Positions 18,397 through 28,486 are shown, counted from the first letter of the stretch. The stretch: DNA of 60,667 nucleotides from Minisyncoccota bacterium (GCA_035548315.1 DASZTF010000058.1:1-60667), one strand, 5' to 3'. Notes: a model not told the origin generated them from the sequence alone. A program made the numbers and translations.

Positions 18397-20322
18397 TTAG
18401 ACGCCGATCAGCACCGGGATCACCATCGGTGCTTTGTTGGTGCGGGTGAAGAGAAAACCAGCCAACGTATCAGACAGCGTGTTCTTCACGTAATCAAGGT
18501 CGATCGGGTTCATGCCCTGGGTCGAATCCTCAACCGTCTTCTTGATAAGAAGCCGTGCCTGGTTCAGCATGTCCTGGCTCTCGCGCAGGTACACGAATCC
18601 GCGGCTGATAATGTCCGGCGACTTGCGCAGCTTGCCGGTCTTGAGGTTCACGGTCGCGATGACCACGAACATGCCGTCCTTGGCGAGCATTTGACGGTCG
18701 CGGATCACGACTTCCTGCATATCGCCTATAGAGAAGCCGTCCACGATGAGTGGGGACGCGGGAACCTTCTGCTTGTGAACATCGAGCCGGTTGCCGTCCA
18801 CGATGTCGATCACGGTGCCGTTATCGGCGATCACGATCGAGTCCTTCGGGCGTCCGGCCTGCTCGACTGCTTTGGCATGCGATGCCGTCATCGAGTAGTA
18901 GCCGTACGCCGGCATGAAGAACTTCGCGTTCACCTTCTTATTGATCCACACGAGCTCTGCGGCGCGCGCGTGACCACCCGAGTGCACATCGCTTGAGCGA
19001 TAGTGGAGGAGATTCACGCCGTTGCGGAGCAAGTTGTCTTTGAGTTTCTGCACGGAGAGCTCGTTACCCGGGATCACGGACGACGAGAGCACCACCGTAT
19101 CGCGGTCGGTGAACGTGATCGATTTGTGCTGCTTCGTGGCGATGCGCATGAGCGCGGCGAATTCCTCGCCCTGCGCGCCCGTCGCGAGGATCACCACCTT
19201 GTCGGGCGGGTAGTCGCCGATTTCCTGGGCGCTGATGAGCGTGCCTTTCTCGAGGTTGAGGAGCCCGATCTTCTGCGCGATCTCGAGGTTCGTCTTGATC
19301 GAGCGGCCCTCCATCACGATCTTCTTCCCGTACTTTTCCGACATGCGGATGATGTTCACCATGCGGTCGAACTGAGAGGCGAAGGTGCCGATGATGAGGC
19401 GACCCTTCACCGTCTTGATGATGTGCTCGAGCGTGTCGCGGACCTTCTGTTCCGGCACGGAGAATCCGTCGAGCTCAGAGCTCGTGGAGTCCGCGATGAA
19501 CATGAGATTGTTCTGCGCGCCAAGTTCACCCCACTTTTTCTCTTCTTCGGGCACGGGCACGTCATCGATGTGCTCGACTTTGAGGTCGCCGGTCACGATC
19601 ACGTTGCCGTACGGCGTTTGCACCGAGATACCCATGGAATCGGGGATCGAGTGCGTCACCGGGAAGAAATGGACCTTGGTCGAACCAATGGTGTGGGTCG
19701 ATCCTGGCTCTACCACAACCAAGTTCGGCTTCGGCATATCCGGGTACTCTTCCTGGCGCTTCTGGATCATCACTGCAGAGAGGTTCTGCGTGTAGATCGG
19801 TGGATTCCCGAAGCGTGCCATGAGGAACGGCACGCCGCCGATGTGGTCGAGGTGGCCGTGCGTGATAAAGACGGCGCGGACGCGGTCCTGATTCTCCTCG
19901 AGGTACTTGGTATTCGGGAGAATGTAGTCGACGCCGGGGGAGTCGTCCTCGCTTGTAAACTGGAACCCTGCGTCAAAGACGAAGATGTCATCTCCGGTCT
20001 CGACGACGAACATGTTGCGCCCGACTTCCTCGACGCCGCCGAGCGGGATCACACGGACGACGTTCTCCGCGGGCTTCGCTGGGAGGTAATCGGCCACGCG
20101 CTTTTGCGCAGGCGTGCTCCCGGGAGCGCCGGGGCGGCGCAGCATGCGACGGATGTCGCGGCTCGCACGTCCGGGACGCCCATGGCCGCCGCGGTTTCTG
20201 CCGCCACGACGATTACGCCCGCCTTCGCGGAATGATTGATTGCGCGGAGCAGGAGCAGCGCGGCGTTCGCCGCTGCCGTTTGCTTCGCGAGGCGCCGGAG
20301 CCGGCGCTGGTGCTGATGTCAT
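18397..20322 (-). CDS. rnj: Ribonuclease J with an Arg/Gly-rich N-terminal extension
   Basis: 641 aa with an MBL/beta-CASP layout. Motifs HGHLDHIGG and GDLKVEH.. and a C-terminal domain. The first ~88 aa are low-complexity PAPAPAP/RGG-like. Confidence 0.9.
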   Translation of the reverse strand: MTSAPAPAPAPREANGSGERRAAPAPRNQSFREGGRNRRGGRNRGGHGRPGRASRDIRRMLRRPGAPGSTPAQKRVADYLPAKPAENVVRVIPLGGVEEVGRNMFVVETGDDIFVFDAGFQFTSEDDSPGVDYILPNTKYLEENQDRVRAVFITHGHLDHIGGVPFLMARFGNPPIYTQNLSAVMIQKRQEEYPDMPKPNLVVVEPGSTHTIGSTKVHFFPVTHSIPDSMGISVQTPYGNVIVTGDLKVEHIDDVPVPEEEKKWGELGAQNNLMFIADSTSSELDGFSVPEQKVRDTLEHIIKTVKGRLIIGTFASQFDRMVNIIRMSEKYGKKIVMEGRSIKTNLEIAQKIGLLNLEKGTLISAQEIGDYPPDKVVILATGAQGEEFAALMRIATKQHKSITFTDRDTVVLSSSVIPGNELSVQKLKDNLLRNGVNLLHYRSSDVHSGGHARAAELVWINKKVNAKFFMPAYGYYSMTASHAKAVEQAGRPKDSIVIADNGTVIDIVDGNRLDVHKQKVPASPLIVDGFSIGDMQEVVIRDRQMLAKDGMFVVIATVNLKTGKLRKSPDIISRGFVYLRESQDMLNQARLLIKKTVEDSTQGMNPIDLDYVKNTLSDTLAGFLFTRTNKAPMVIPVLIGV

Positions 20323-20408
20323 AACTGATTGAACTAATTGCTAAATCGTAATAATCGGATGAAAGCGATGATCAAATGTCTTGCTTTCTGCCGTACAAAA
20401 ATGGAGCC

Positions 20409-22130
20409 CTACTGACGTGCGAGGAACGGCCAGACGCGTTCCGTCTCAAGGTACCAGCCGGTGACGGCGGCGAACCGGTCGGACGGAGAAGTGATCTGGG
20501 GCAGCACGACGCCCTGTAACCCGTTAGGTACAGTATACAGGAAATCGGGGGCATGCGTAAAGGCTGCGGGATAATCCGCAGCGATGTCTGCATTGATCTG
20601 CGTGAGATCATCGGTGAGCGCCGCGGGGTCGCTCTCGCCACGCGCCTTCTCAAGAAGCGTGTCCACCGTTTTATTGGAGTACATCGCGATGTTGAGGCCG
20701 GGGTCTGAGCGCTCGGCCGAGTCCCAGAATGCGTAGAGGTCGTGGTCGTTCCCGATCACCATGCCGAACAACAGCGCACCATACGCGCGCGGACGGATCA
20801 CGTTCTGGGTGAGGTCGCCGGGCTCGTAGAGCTCGATGTCGACCGGCACGCCGAGCTGTTGCCAATCGGACTGAATCTCAGTCGCCACCGCTTTGAGCTC
20901 GGGCACATTGCTCGTCTTGAGCGTGACGCTGAGCACTTCGCTTGATTTGGCGAGCTTCCACTCGCGCGCATCGGGGTCGTACACCCAGCCCGCATGCGTA
21001 AGGACCTGAGCCGCGTCCGCGATGCGCGTGGCCGTGGGCGGCAGCGCGATGTCCGGCACGCCGCTCCCCGGCGGCACCGGGCCCATAAGCGGCGTCGCGT
21101 AGCCGCCAAGGACATGGTTCACGATTGTGTCGCGATCGATGGCGATCGAGAGCGCTTCGCGCACTTCTTTATGCGCGAACACTGGCTGCTGCGCAGCGTT
21201 GAAGAACACACCGAACACGCGCGAATAGGGTGCCTCGAGCGCGCTTTTCCCCGGCACGCCATACGCGCTCTCTACCTCGTGGTTCGCAAGCGCCGCCTGG
21301 AGATCCGATTCCTGCGAGTAGAAGGTGAAGTTAATGCCAGCGAGGTACGGGCGGCCGAGCACATAGCGCGTATTGGCCTTGAGGTTGAACGACTGGATGA
21401 CGCCGTTAGCATCGCGCCCGACCGACGACACCGTGAAGGGTCCGGCGCCCACAGGGTTCGTGTTCATAGATGAGAACGCGAAGTCGTCATCTGAAAGGCT
21501 CTTCCACAAGCGGGCGGGCAGGATGCCGAGCGTGGTGTTGCCGAGAAACGGTGCAAATGGCTTGCTGAGCGTAAATTCCACCGTGCGTGCGTCGACTGCA
21601 TTTACCGCGACGCCCGACCAGTTCGCGTATTCGGGCGACTTGAGGTTCGGATCCTGCGCTTTCTCCACGGTGAATACGACGTCGTCTGCAGTAACGGGTG
21701 TGCCATCGGAGAATTTCGCATCGGGCCGGAGCGTGAACGTATACGTCTTACCGTCACCGGAGACGGTGTAACTCTCCGCGAGCACGGGGACGAGATTCCC
21801 GGAGCCGTCCTCACCCATGAGTCCAGCGTAGGTGAGTGCGGTAAGGTCGCGGTCGGAGTCGGAGATAGCGAGGAGCGGGTTCACGAACCGGGGCGACCCC
21901 ACCTCACCCTCTTTCAGGATGCCGCCGTATGCAGGTTCCGTCACGAGGAAATGGAGTTCGAGTCCGCGGACCGCGAGGAGACTCGCAAAGATCACGAGCA
22001 CCGCGAGCGCGGTCGCGATCGTGCGATCGCCTGCGGACAAGGAACGCAGATACGCCGAGAGGCGATCGAGTGTGTTCACGCGGAAGGTGCGGGCCAATAT
22101 GGAACGAGTGCGCGAGAGAAAGTCCCGCAT
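20409..22130 (-). CDS. ABC transporter substrate-binding protein, family 5 (peptide/nickel type), membrane anchored
   Basis: ORF 20409..22271 trimmed to ATG 22130 (MRDFLSRTRS...). One N-terminal TM helix followed by an SBP_bac_5-like domain. Confidence 0.7.
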   Translation of the reverse strand: MRDFLSRTRSILARTFRVNTLDRLSAYLRSLSAGDRTIATALAVLVIFASLLAVRGLELHFLVTEPAYGGILKEGEVGSPRFVNPLLAISDSDRDLTALTYAGLMGEDGSGNLVPVLAESYTVSGDGKTYTFTLRPDAKFSDGTPVTADDVVFTVEKAQDPNLKSPEYANWSGVAVNAVDARTVEFTLSKPFAPFLGNTTLGILPARLWKSLSDDDFAFSSMNTNPVGAGPFTVSSVGRDANGVIQSFNLKANTRYVLGRPYLAGINFTFYSQESDLQAALANHEVESAYGVPGKSALEAPYSRVFGVFFNAAQQPVFAHKEVREALSIAIDRDTIVNHVLGGYATPLMGPVPPGSGVPDIALPPTATRIADAAQVLTHAGWVYDPDAREWKLAKSSEVLSVTLKTSNVPELKAVATEIQSDWQQLGVPVDIELYEPGDLTQNVIRPRAYGALLFGMVIGNDHDLYAFWDSAERSDPGLNIAMYSNKTVDTLLEKARGESDPAALTDDLTQINADIAADYPAAFTHAPDFLYTVPNGLQGVVLPQITSPSDRFAAVTGWYLETERVWPFLARQ

Positions 22131-22140
22131 AGCTAGAGTG

Positions 22141-22371
22141 TTATATGACGAACGAAACGATGGCGGATACCACGAAGAGGACAGCGACGACGATGGTCGC
22201 ATTAAAGAGGAATTTCTCCGCGCCGCGGCGTTTGTAAAAGGTGGAGGCGAAGTTATCGCCGCCGAAGGCACCTCCGAGGCTCGCTCCTCGCTGCTGCAGG
22301 ACGATGCCGATAATAAGGAGGAGGGAAAGCCCGATTTCTATGTAGGGCAGTACTGCCGTAAGCGATTGCAT
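22141..22371 (-). CDS. secG: Preprotein translocase subunit SecG
   Basis: ORF 22141..22632 trimmed to ATG 22371. 76 aa with two TM helices and the LLIIGIVLQQRGASLGGAFGG signature. Confidence 0.8.
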   Translation of the reverse strand: MQSLTAVLPYIEIGLSLLLIIGIVLQQRGASLGGAFGGDNFASTFYKRRGAEKFLFNATIVVAVLFVVSAIVSFVI

Positions 22372-22495
22372 CTGTACCCGGTACCCTACCACGGATAGGG
22401 GGTCGGGGCAAGGCACTCCTTCTTGCGCGCGCGCACGAGTTTCTCTATAGTTATCCACACCAAGGGCAGTGCGCTTAGCAGCATATTTCAAATAT

Positions 22496-22801
22496 ATGGC
22501 GAAAACAGAAACGCTTTCAGTGAAGCCGCTCAGTGACCGTGTGGTGGTGAAGCCGGCTGATAAGGAAGAGAAGACCGTGTCGGGCATCATCATCCCGGAC
22601 ACGGCTAATAAAGAGAAGCCGGCCAAGGGCACGGTGGTTGCGGTCGGTCCCGGTCGCTACGAAGACGGCAAGCTCGTGCCGATGACGCTTAAAGTGGGCG
22701 ACAAAGTACTTTTCTCCAAGTACGGCTACGACGAAGTAAAAATTGATACCGAGAACTATTTCGTGCTCACGGAATCTTCGGTACTTGCGATTATCAAATA
22801 A
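22496..22801 (+). CDS. groES: Co-chaperonin GroES
   Basis: ORF trimmed to ATG 22496. LSVKPLSDRVVVKP...SGIIIPDTA...GTVVAVGPG pattern. Confidence 0.95.
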   Translation: MAKTETLSVKPLSDRVVVKPADKEEKTVSGIIIPDTANKEKPAKGTVVAVGPGRYEDGKLVPMTLKVGDKVLFSKYGYDEVKIDTENYFVLTESSVLAIIK

Positions 22802-24451
<1,650 letters not shown>

Positions 24452-24467
24452 ACAGCGGTAAAAGGAG

Positions 24468-24473
24468 TACAAT
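24468..24473 (+). promoter_or_regulatory. -10 hexamer TACAAT 6 nt upstream of the LemA ATG; leaderless-type promoter
   Basis: TACAAT-AGTGAT-ATG. Confidence 0.45.
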
Positions 24474-24479
24474 AGTGAT

Positions 24480-25034
24480 ATGACTATCCTCTATATCATT
24501 CTTGCGATCGTCGTTATCCTCGGGCTGTGGGTGATTGCGTCCTACAACGGGTTTGTGACGCGCACACAGCGCGCCAAAGAAGCGCTCTCCGACATCAGCG
24601 TGCAGGAGAAGCGTCGCTACGACCTCATCCCGAACCTCGTGGAGACCGTGAAGGGCTACGCCGCGCACGAGAAGAGCGTGTTCGAGAATGTGACCGCCGC
24701 GCGCGCTGCGGTGATGAGTGCCACCGCACCGGCCGAGAAGGCCGCTGCCGAGAACCAGCTCACGGGCACACTGAAGTCGCTCTTTGCGGTCGCGGAAGCA
24801 TACCCAGACCTCAAGGCGAATCAGAACTTCCTCGAGCTCCAGCGCGAGCTCGGTGATACCGAAGACAAGATCCAGGCGTCGCGCCGTTTCTACAATGCGA
24901 CGGTTCGCGACCTCACCACGGCGATGCAGTCGTTCCCGGGGAATATGGTGGCATCATGGTTCCACTTTGAGCCGATGACGCTGTTCGCGCTTTCCACAGC
25001 CGCTGAGGCAGAACCCGTAAAAGTGCAGTTCTAA
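24480..25034 (+). CDS. lemA: LemA-family protein
   Basis: 184 aa with an N-terminal TM helix. Motifs YNGFV...QRRYDLIPNLVETVKGYAAHE and RRFYNATVRDLTT. Confidence 0.85.
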   Translation: MTILYIILAIVVILGLWVIASYNGFVTRTQRAKEALSDISVQEKRRYDLIPNLVETVKGYAAHEKSVFENVTAARAAVMSATAPAEKAAAENQLTGTLKSLFAVAEAYPDLKANQNFLELQRELGDTEDKIQASRRFYNATVRDLTTAMQSFPGNMVASWFHFEPMTLFALSTAAEAEPVKVQF

Positions 25035-25064
25035 TACTGCGCGCGGCGCGGTATGCTCTAGGTA

Positions 25065-25352
25065 ATGGAGATTGATCCTTCCGTCGCGCTTGCCTTTTTC
25101 ACGACACCGACCGGCATCCTCACCGTGGGGGTGGTGGGGCTCACCGTGCTCATCGCGACGCTGCTCGTCGTGCAGAGCGCGGAAGCGATCCGCGTGGAGC
25201 GCGATTCATCGTCCGCAGGGTTCGTAGAGAGCCCGCTCGCCACGCTCCCGCACTACCAGCCGCTCGAGCACCAGGAGCTCTCGACGCTCTTGTTCCCAAA
25301 GACCTACACCCGCGCGCGGCGCCCGCTCCTTAACGGGCCTGACACGCGCTGA
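25065..25352 (+). CDS. Small membrane-anchored hypothetical protein
   Basis: 95 aa with one TM helix. TATGCT hexamer lies 7 nt upstream of the ATG. Sits between lemA and htpX. Confidence 0.45.
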   Translation: MEIDPSVALAFFTTPTGILTVGVVGLTVLIATLLVVQSAEAIRVERDSSSAGFVESPLATLPHYQPLEHQELSTLLFPKTYTRARRPLLNGPDTR

Positions 25353-25372
25353 TTTGGTATGATGGCTTTCCT

Positions 25373-26269
25373 ATGACGCCATCTCTTTACGCCGAACGGG
25401 CAAGCAACGTGCGCCGGACCTGGGTCATGATGATCGGGTTCTTGGTGTTCGTCACGATAATCGGGTACGCCGCGGCGTGGTACTTCGACTCCGTCGCCGT
25501 ACTCTACGCGGCCATCATATTCGCGATCCTCATGAACGTGTGGGCGTACTGGAACTCCGATAAGCAGGTGCTCTCCATGACCGGTGCGCATCCGGCGACC
25601 CGCGAGGCCGACTTCGATTTCTACACGGTCACCGAGAACCTCGCCATCACCGCCGGCATGCCGATGCCGAAGCTCTACGTGATCGAGGACCCAGCGCCGA
25701 ATGCATTTTCGACGGGGCGCGATGAGAAACACGCGGTGGTGTGCGCCACCACCGGTCTGCTTGCCATGATGGAGCGCAGCGAGCTCGAGGGCGTGATCGC
25801 GCATGAGCTCTCCCATATCCGCAACCGCGACATCCTGCTTATGACCACCGCCGTGGTGCTCGCGGGATTCGTAGCGATCCTCGCTGATATATTCCTGCGG
25901 ATGTCGTTCTGGGGTGGCGGGCGGCGCGATGATCGGGATAACGGGAACGCGCTTCTCATGGTGCTCGCGGTCGTGGGTATTCTACTCGCGCCGCTCGCGG
26001 CCACGCTGATCGAGCTCGCGATCTCTCGCCGCCGCGAGTACCTCGCCGATGCATCCGGCGCGCTCCTCACGCGCTACCCAGACGGGCTCGCGTCTGCGCT
26101 CCAGAAGATCGGGAATTATCCGGCGCCTATGCGCCGCGCGTCGCACGCGACCGCGCACCTCTTCATCGGCGATCCGTTCGGTCCGCGCCCATCGGATTGG
26201 ATCGACCGCATGTTCTCTACGCACCCGCCAATTAAGGACCGCATCAAGGCGCTTATCGGCCAGGCTTGA
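25373..26269 (+). CDS. htpX: M48-family zinc metalloprotease HtpX
   Basis: 298 aa with TM helices. HELSHIRNRD (HExxH) and a downstream EYLAD motif. Confidence 0.9.
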   Translation: MTPSLYAERASNVRRTWVMMIGFLVFVTIIGYAAAWYFDSVAVLYAAIIFAILMNVWAYWNSDKQVLSMTGAHPATREADFDFYTVTENLAITAGMPMPKLYVIEDPAPNAFSTGRDEKHAVVCATTGLLAMMERSELEGVIAHELSHIRNRDILLMTTAVVLAGFVAILADIFLRMSFWGGGRRDDRDNGNALLMVLAVVGILLAPLAATLIELAISRRREYLADASGALLTRYPDGLASALQKIGNYPAPMRRASHATAHLFIGDPFGPRPSDWIDRMFSTHPPIKDRIKALIGQA

Positions 26270-26324
26270 CAAATAATACGTGAGGTGCTACTCTATACTG
26301 CACCAAGTTTACCTGGGAGGAAAC

Positions 26325-26528
26325 ATGTTCGTTATCGTGGATGGGAAGAAAATTCCCGTCGAAGAGTTCGAAGGTTCAAGCGTTGATGAAGAACGCGCAG
26401 CTCACGCACGCCATAAGCTGCAGAGAAGGCTCGATCTTCAACGCAACGGCGGCGGCATGCAGGCCGGAGCTCAGTTCCTGAGAGGCGATCCTCGCCGCGC
26501 GAGGAAGAATTTCAGGATGCCAGGCTGA
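26325..26528 (+). CDS. Small hypothetical protein
   Basis: ORF 26280..26528 trimmed to ATG 26325, preceded by GGGAGG at 5 nt. TATACT at 26294-26299. Followed by a clean terminator. Confidence 0.45.
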   Translation: MFVIVDGKKIPVEEFEGSSVDEERAAHARHKLQRRLDLQRNGGGMQAGAQFLRGDPRRARKNFRMPG

Positions 26529-26547
26529 ACCAGAAGGGGGCGCAATC

Positions 26548-26580
26548 AGAGGCGGATACTATCCCGCCTCTTCGCTTTTA
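26548..26580 (+). terminator. Rho-independent terminator
   Basis: AGAGGCGG / CCGCCTCT 8-bp stem followed by TCGCTTTTA. Confidence 0.7.
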
Positions 26581-26592
26581 CACAGGTGCTGC

Positions 26593-26620
26593 TTGTTGCT
26601 TTAAGTAATAGCGTTATCAT
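26593..26620 (+). promoter_or_regulatory. Candidate sigma70-type promoter of the unassigned RNA locus
   Basis: TTGTTG-N16-TATCAT. The predicted start near 26627 coincides with the start of the structured region. Confidence 0.4.
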
Positions 26621-26626
26621 TTCTCA

Positions 26627-26947
26627 CCATGCGGGGCTATGGGGCATCCGCTGCATCTTCCCTGGGGGAGCTGCTTAATTAAGGGCCTGCAACCATGAGG
26701 ACTCTGCTTAGACGGCTCGAGGTGTTCATACACCCCGACGGCAAGACAGGGCGTGAACCAATTCCGAATTGGTTCACTGCAGGTGGGGTGACGACAGAAC
26801 CGCCACGAAGACGTCCGGAGGTGCACCGTGTGGATCGATCGAGCGGGCGCGAACGCGTCCTACCAATCGGCCACGCTGCAGTCGCGTGACTATCTTCTAA
26901 GAAGCGGGTTGGGGGTGGCTGATGCATGGCCACCCTCGCTCTTTTTA
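26627..26947 (+). ncRNA. Unassigned structured RNA candidate (about 320 nt), family not identified
   Basis: Bounded by a promoter-like element and a GGGTGGC/GCCACCC hairpin plus T-run at 26913-26947. ORFs overlap on both strands and use rare codons. Perfect 11-bp hairpin at 26753-26777, hairpin at 26721-26734 and long-range complementary segments. Confidence 0.5.
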
Positions 26948-26968
26948 TGCTATAAAGCCAGGACGACG

Positions 26969-27055
26969 GGAGGCGTCGCATAGTGGTCTAGTGCACCGCC
27001 TTGGAAAGGCGGCAGGTGGGAAACTGCCTCGAGAGTTCGAATCTCTCCGCCTCCG
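26969..27055 (+). tRNA. tRNA-Ser (anticodon GGA), type II with a long variable arm
   Basis: Acceptor GGAGGCG/CGCCTCC, anticodon loop TTGGAAA, T-arm GAGAG-TTCGAAT-CTCTC, discriminator G. CCA is not encoded. Confidence 0.9.
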
Positions 27056-27148
27056 CACTAAGAACCTGTTATCGGCAGACCCGAAGCCTTAGGTAAGTAG
27101 GGCGACCCGATTACCTGAATCCGAATATCTAAGTTAAAGTCATCAAAC

Positions 27149-27742
27149 ATGGATCAGCAGACAATCGACACCTACAACAAGATGGCGAGAGAGTACGACG
27201 ACGAAACCGTCGATTTTTGGGAGCGGTTTCCTCGAACGTTTCTCGACAAGTTTATGGAATTGTCTGGTGAGAAAATACTCGATGTCGGAAGCGGTCCGGG
27301 TAGAGATGGCTTGTTGCTTCAGCAAGCTGGTAAAGAAGTTGTCTGCGTTGATGCTTCAGAAGCGATGGTTAAACTTTCCTCCGAACGAGGTCTTGAATCT
27401 GTCCTTGCGGGGTTTGATAAGTTGCCGTTTGAAAACGAGTCATTTGATGGCGTGTGGTCATACACAGCACTTCTTCATATTCCGAAGAAGTCGATAAATA
27501 CTCCTCTCGATGAAATTTCTCGCGTACTAAAGTCTTCCGGCGTTTTTGCTCTCGGTCTTATTGAGGGAGATTCCGAGGAATACAAAGAAAGTTCTGGTGT
27601 CGATATGCCGCGTTGGTTTAGTTTCTACCAGAAAGATGAGGTTATAGATTTGTGCAAGAGCCATGGCTTTGAGCTCGTATATTTCGAAACATTCAAGCCG
27701 CGCTCAAAGAACTACTTGAACTTCATTTTTCGAAAATCGTAG
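27149..27742 (+). CDS. Class I SAM-dependent methyltransferase
   Basis: 197 aa with motif I ILDVGSGPGRD. Markedly lower GC than the surrounding genes. Confidence 0.8.
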   Translation: MDQQTIDTYNKMAREYDDETVDFWERFPRTFLDKFMELSGEKILDVGSGPGRDGLLLQQAGKEVVCVDASEAMVKLSSERGLESVLAGFDKLPFENESFDGVWSYTALLHIPKKSINTPLDEISRVLKSSGVFALGLIEGDSEEYKESSGVDMPRWFSFYQKDEVIDLCKSHGFELVYFETFKPRSKNYLNFIFRKS

Positions 27743-27836
27743 CCCGACCCACACACCCCATTTCAACTCCTAAAACTCTACCAAACCACCCTTACGGTGT
27801 CTTACCGCTCTGGTACTGAACCCACGATGCCCGCAC

Positions 27837-28100
27837 TTATCGTTGGAAATGGGATGTGGCGCTTTGGAGCGCTTCTACGATGTGTCCCAATCCCGGGATG
27901 ATGCCGAGGAGCGAGAGGAGCCAACCGAGCATGACGAGCGCGACCACACCGCCCACGAGCGCACCCGCGCCCTGGAAGAGGCCGTTAATGATCGCGTGGC
28001 GTGGCGAGGGCGTGCGGCGCTTAATTTCCTCGAGGTCTGCCTCGATCCGGGTAAGGTGCTCGAGTCCCTCATGCTCGACTGCGTCATCTAGCTCTACCAT
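27837..28100 (-). CDS. Small membrane protein, hypothetical
   Basis: 87 aa with an acidic N-terminal helix followed by a Gly-rich TM hairpin (GLFQGAGALVGGVVALVMLGWLLSLLGIIPGLG). Confidence 0.45.
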   Translation of the reverse strand: MVELDDAVEHEGLEHLTRIEADLEEIKRRTPSPRHAIINGLFQGAGALVGGVVALVMLGWLLSLLGIIPGLGHIVEALQSATSHFQR

Positions 28101-28144
28101 TTGTCCAGATTGTAGCAGACGCCTATTGGGCGTATCGTGGCGGT

Positions 28145-28483
28145 ATGGAATTTTCTGGGGTTGTGGGTGTAGGAAAGAAGTATGGACGCACGATTGGATT
28201 CCCGACGGCGAACATCCCGCTTACCGATCGCTCGGTCGCGGGTATCTATACAGCCACCGTCACGCTCGACGGCGAGACTTTCCCCGCGGCTGTCTACGCC
28301 AACCCCGAGCGCGGGGTGCTCGAAGCGCATATCATCGACTGGATTGGGGATATCTACGAGAAGCCGATCGTGGTCACCCTCCGCGAGAAGGTCCGCGAGT
28401 CGGAGGAATTCGAGGACGAGCTCGCGCTTATGGCCGCTATCGCTGCCGACGTTGCACTGATCCGCGAATCCTTCAATCACTAG
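28145..28483 (+). CDS. Monofunctional riboflavin kinase (RibF C-terminal-domain type)
   Basis: 112 aa. Motifs GRTIGFPTANI and VLEAHIIDWIGDIYEKPIVV..REKVRESEEF. Confidence 0.8.
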   Translation: MEFSGVVGVGKKYGRTIGFPTANIPLTDRSVAGIYTATVTLDGETFPAAVYANPERGVLEAHIIDWIGDIYEKPIVVTLREKVRESEEFEDELALMAAIAADVALIRESFNH

Positions 28484-28486
28484 CTT

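Noticed and set aside
22372-22495. CIRCE (HrcA) operator upstream of groES
   Set aside because: Only fragments are present (GCACTC...GAGT spaced by 18 nt, and TTAGCAGC). No TTAGCACTC-N9-GAGTGCTAA inverted repeat is present.
26695-26889. 64-aa plus-strand ORF inside the structured RNA locus
   Set aside because: It uses AGG, AGA, ATA, CGA and CTA codons that are rare in the confident genes here. It overlaps two minus-strand ORFs of similar length, and its sequence coincides with strong hairpins. It is more likely non-coding.
26627-26947. tmRNA, SRP RNA, RNase P RNA, 6S RNA or a riboswitch as the identity of the unassigned RNA
   Set aside because: - tmRNA: a tag-like GCUGCUUAAUUAA is present, but there is no tRNA-like T-arm (GGUUCGA-type), no G3:U70 acceptor pairing and no CCA end. 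The tag would also lie too close to the 5' end.
- SRP RNA: no GGAA-tetraloop or AGCA helix-8 motif.
- RNase P RNA: no GGAAAGUCC, and a genuine rnpB exists at 32055-32350.
- FMN, cobalamin, TPP, glycine and ZTP cores were not found by eye.

None of these could be excluded computationally, so the family remains unassigned.
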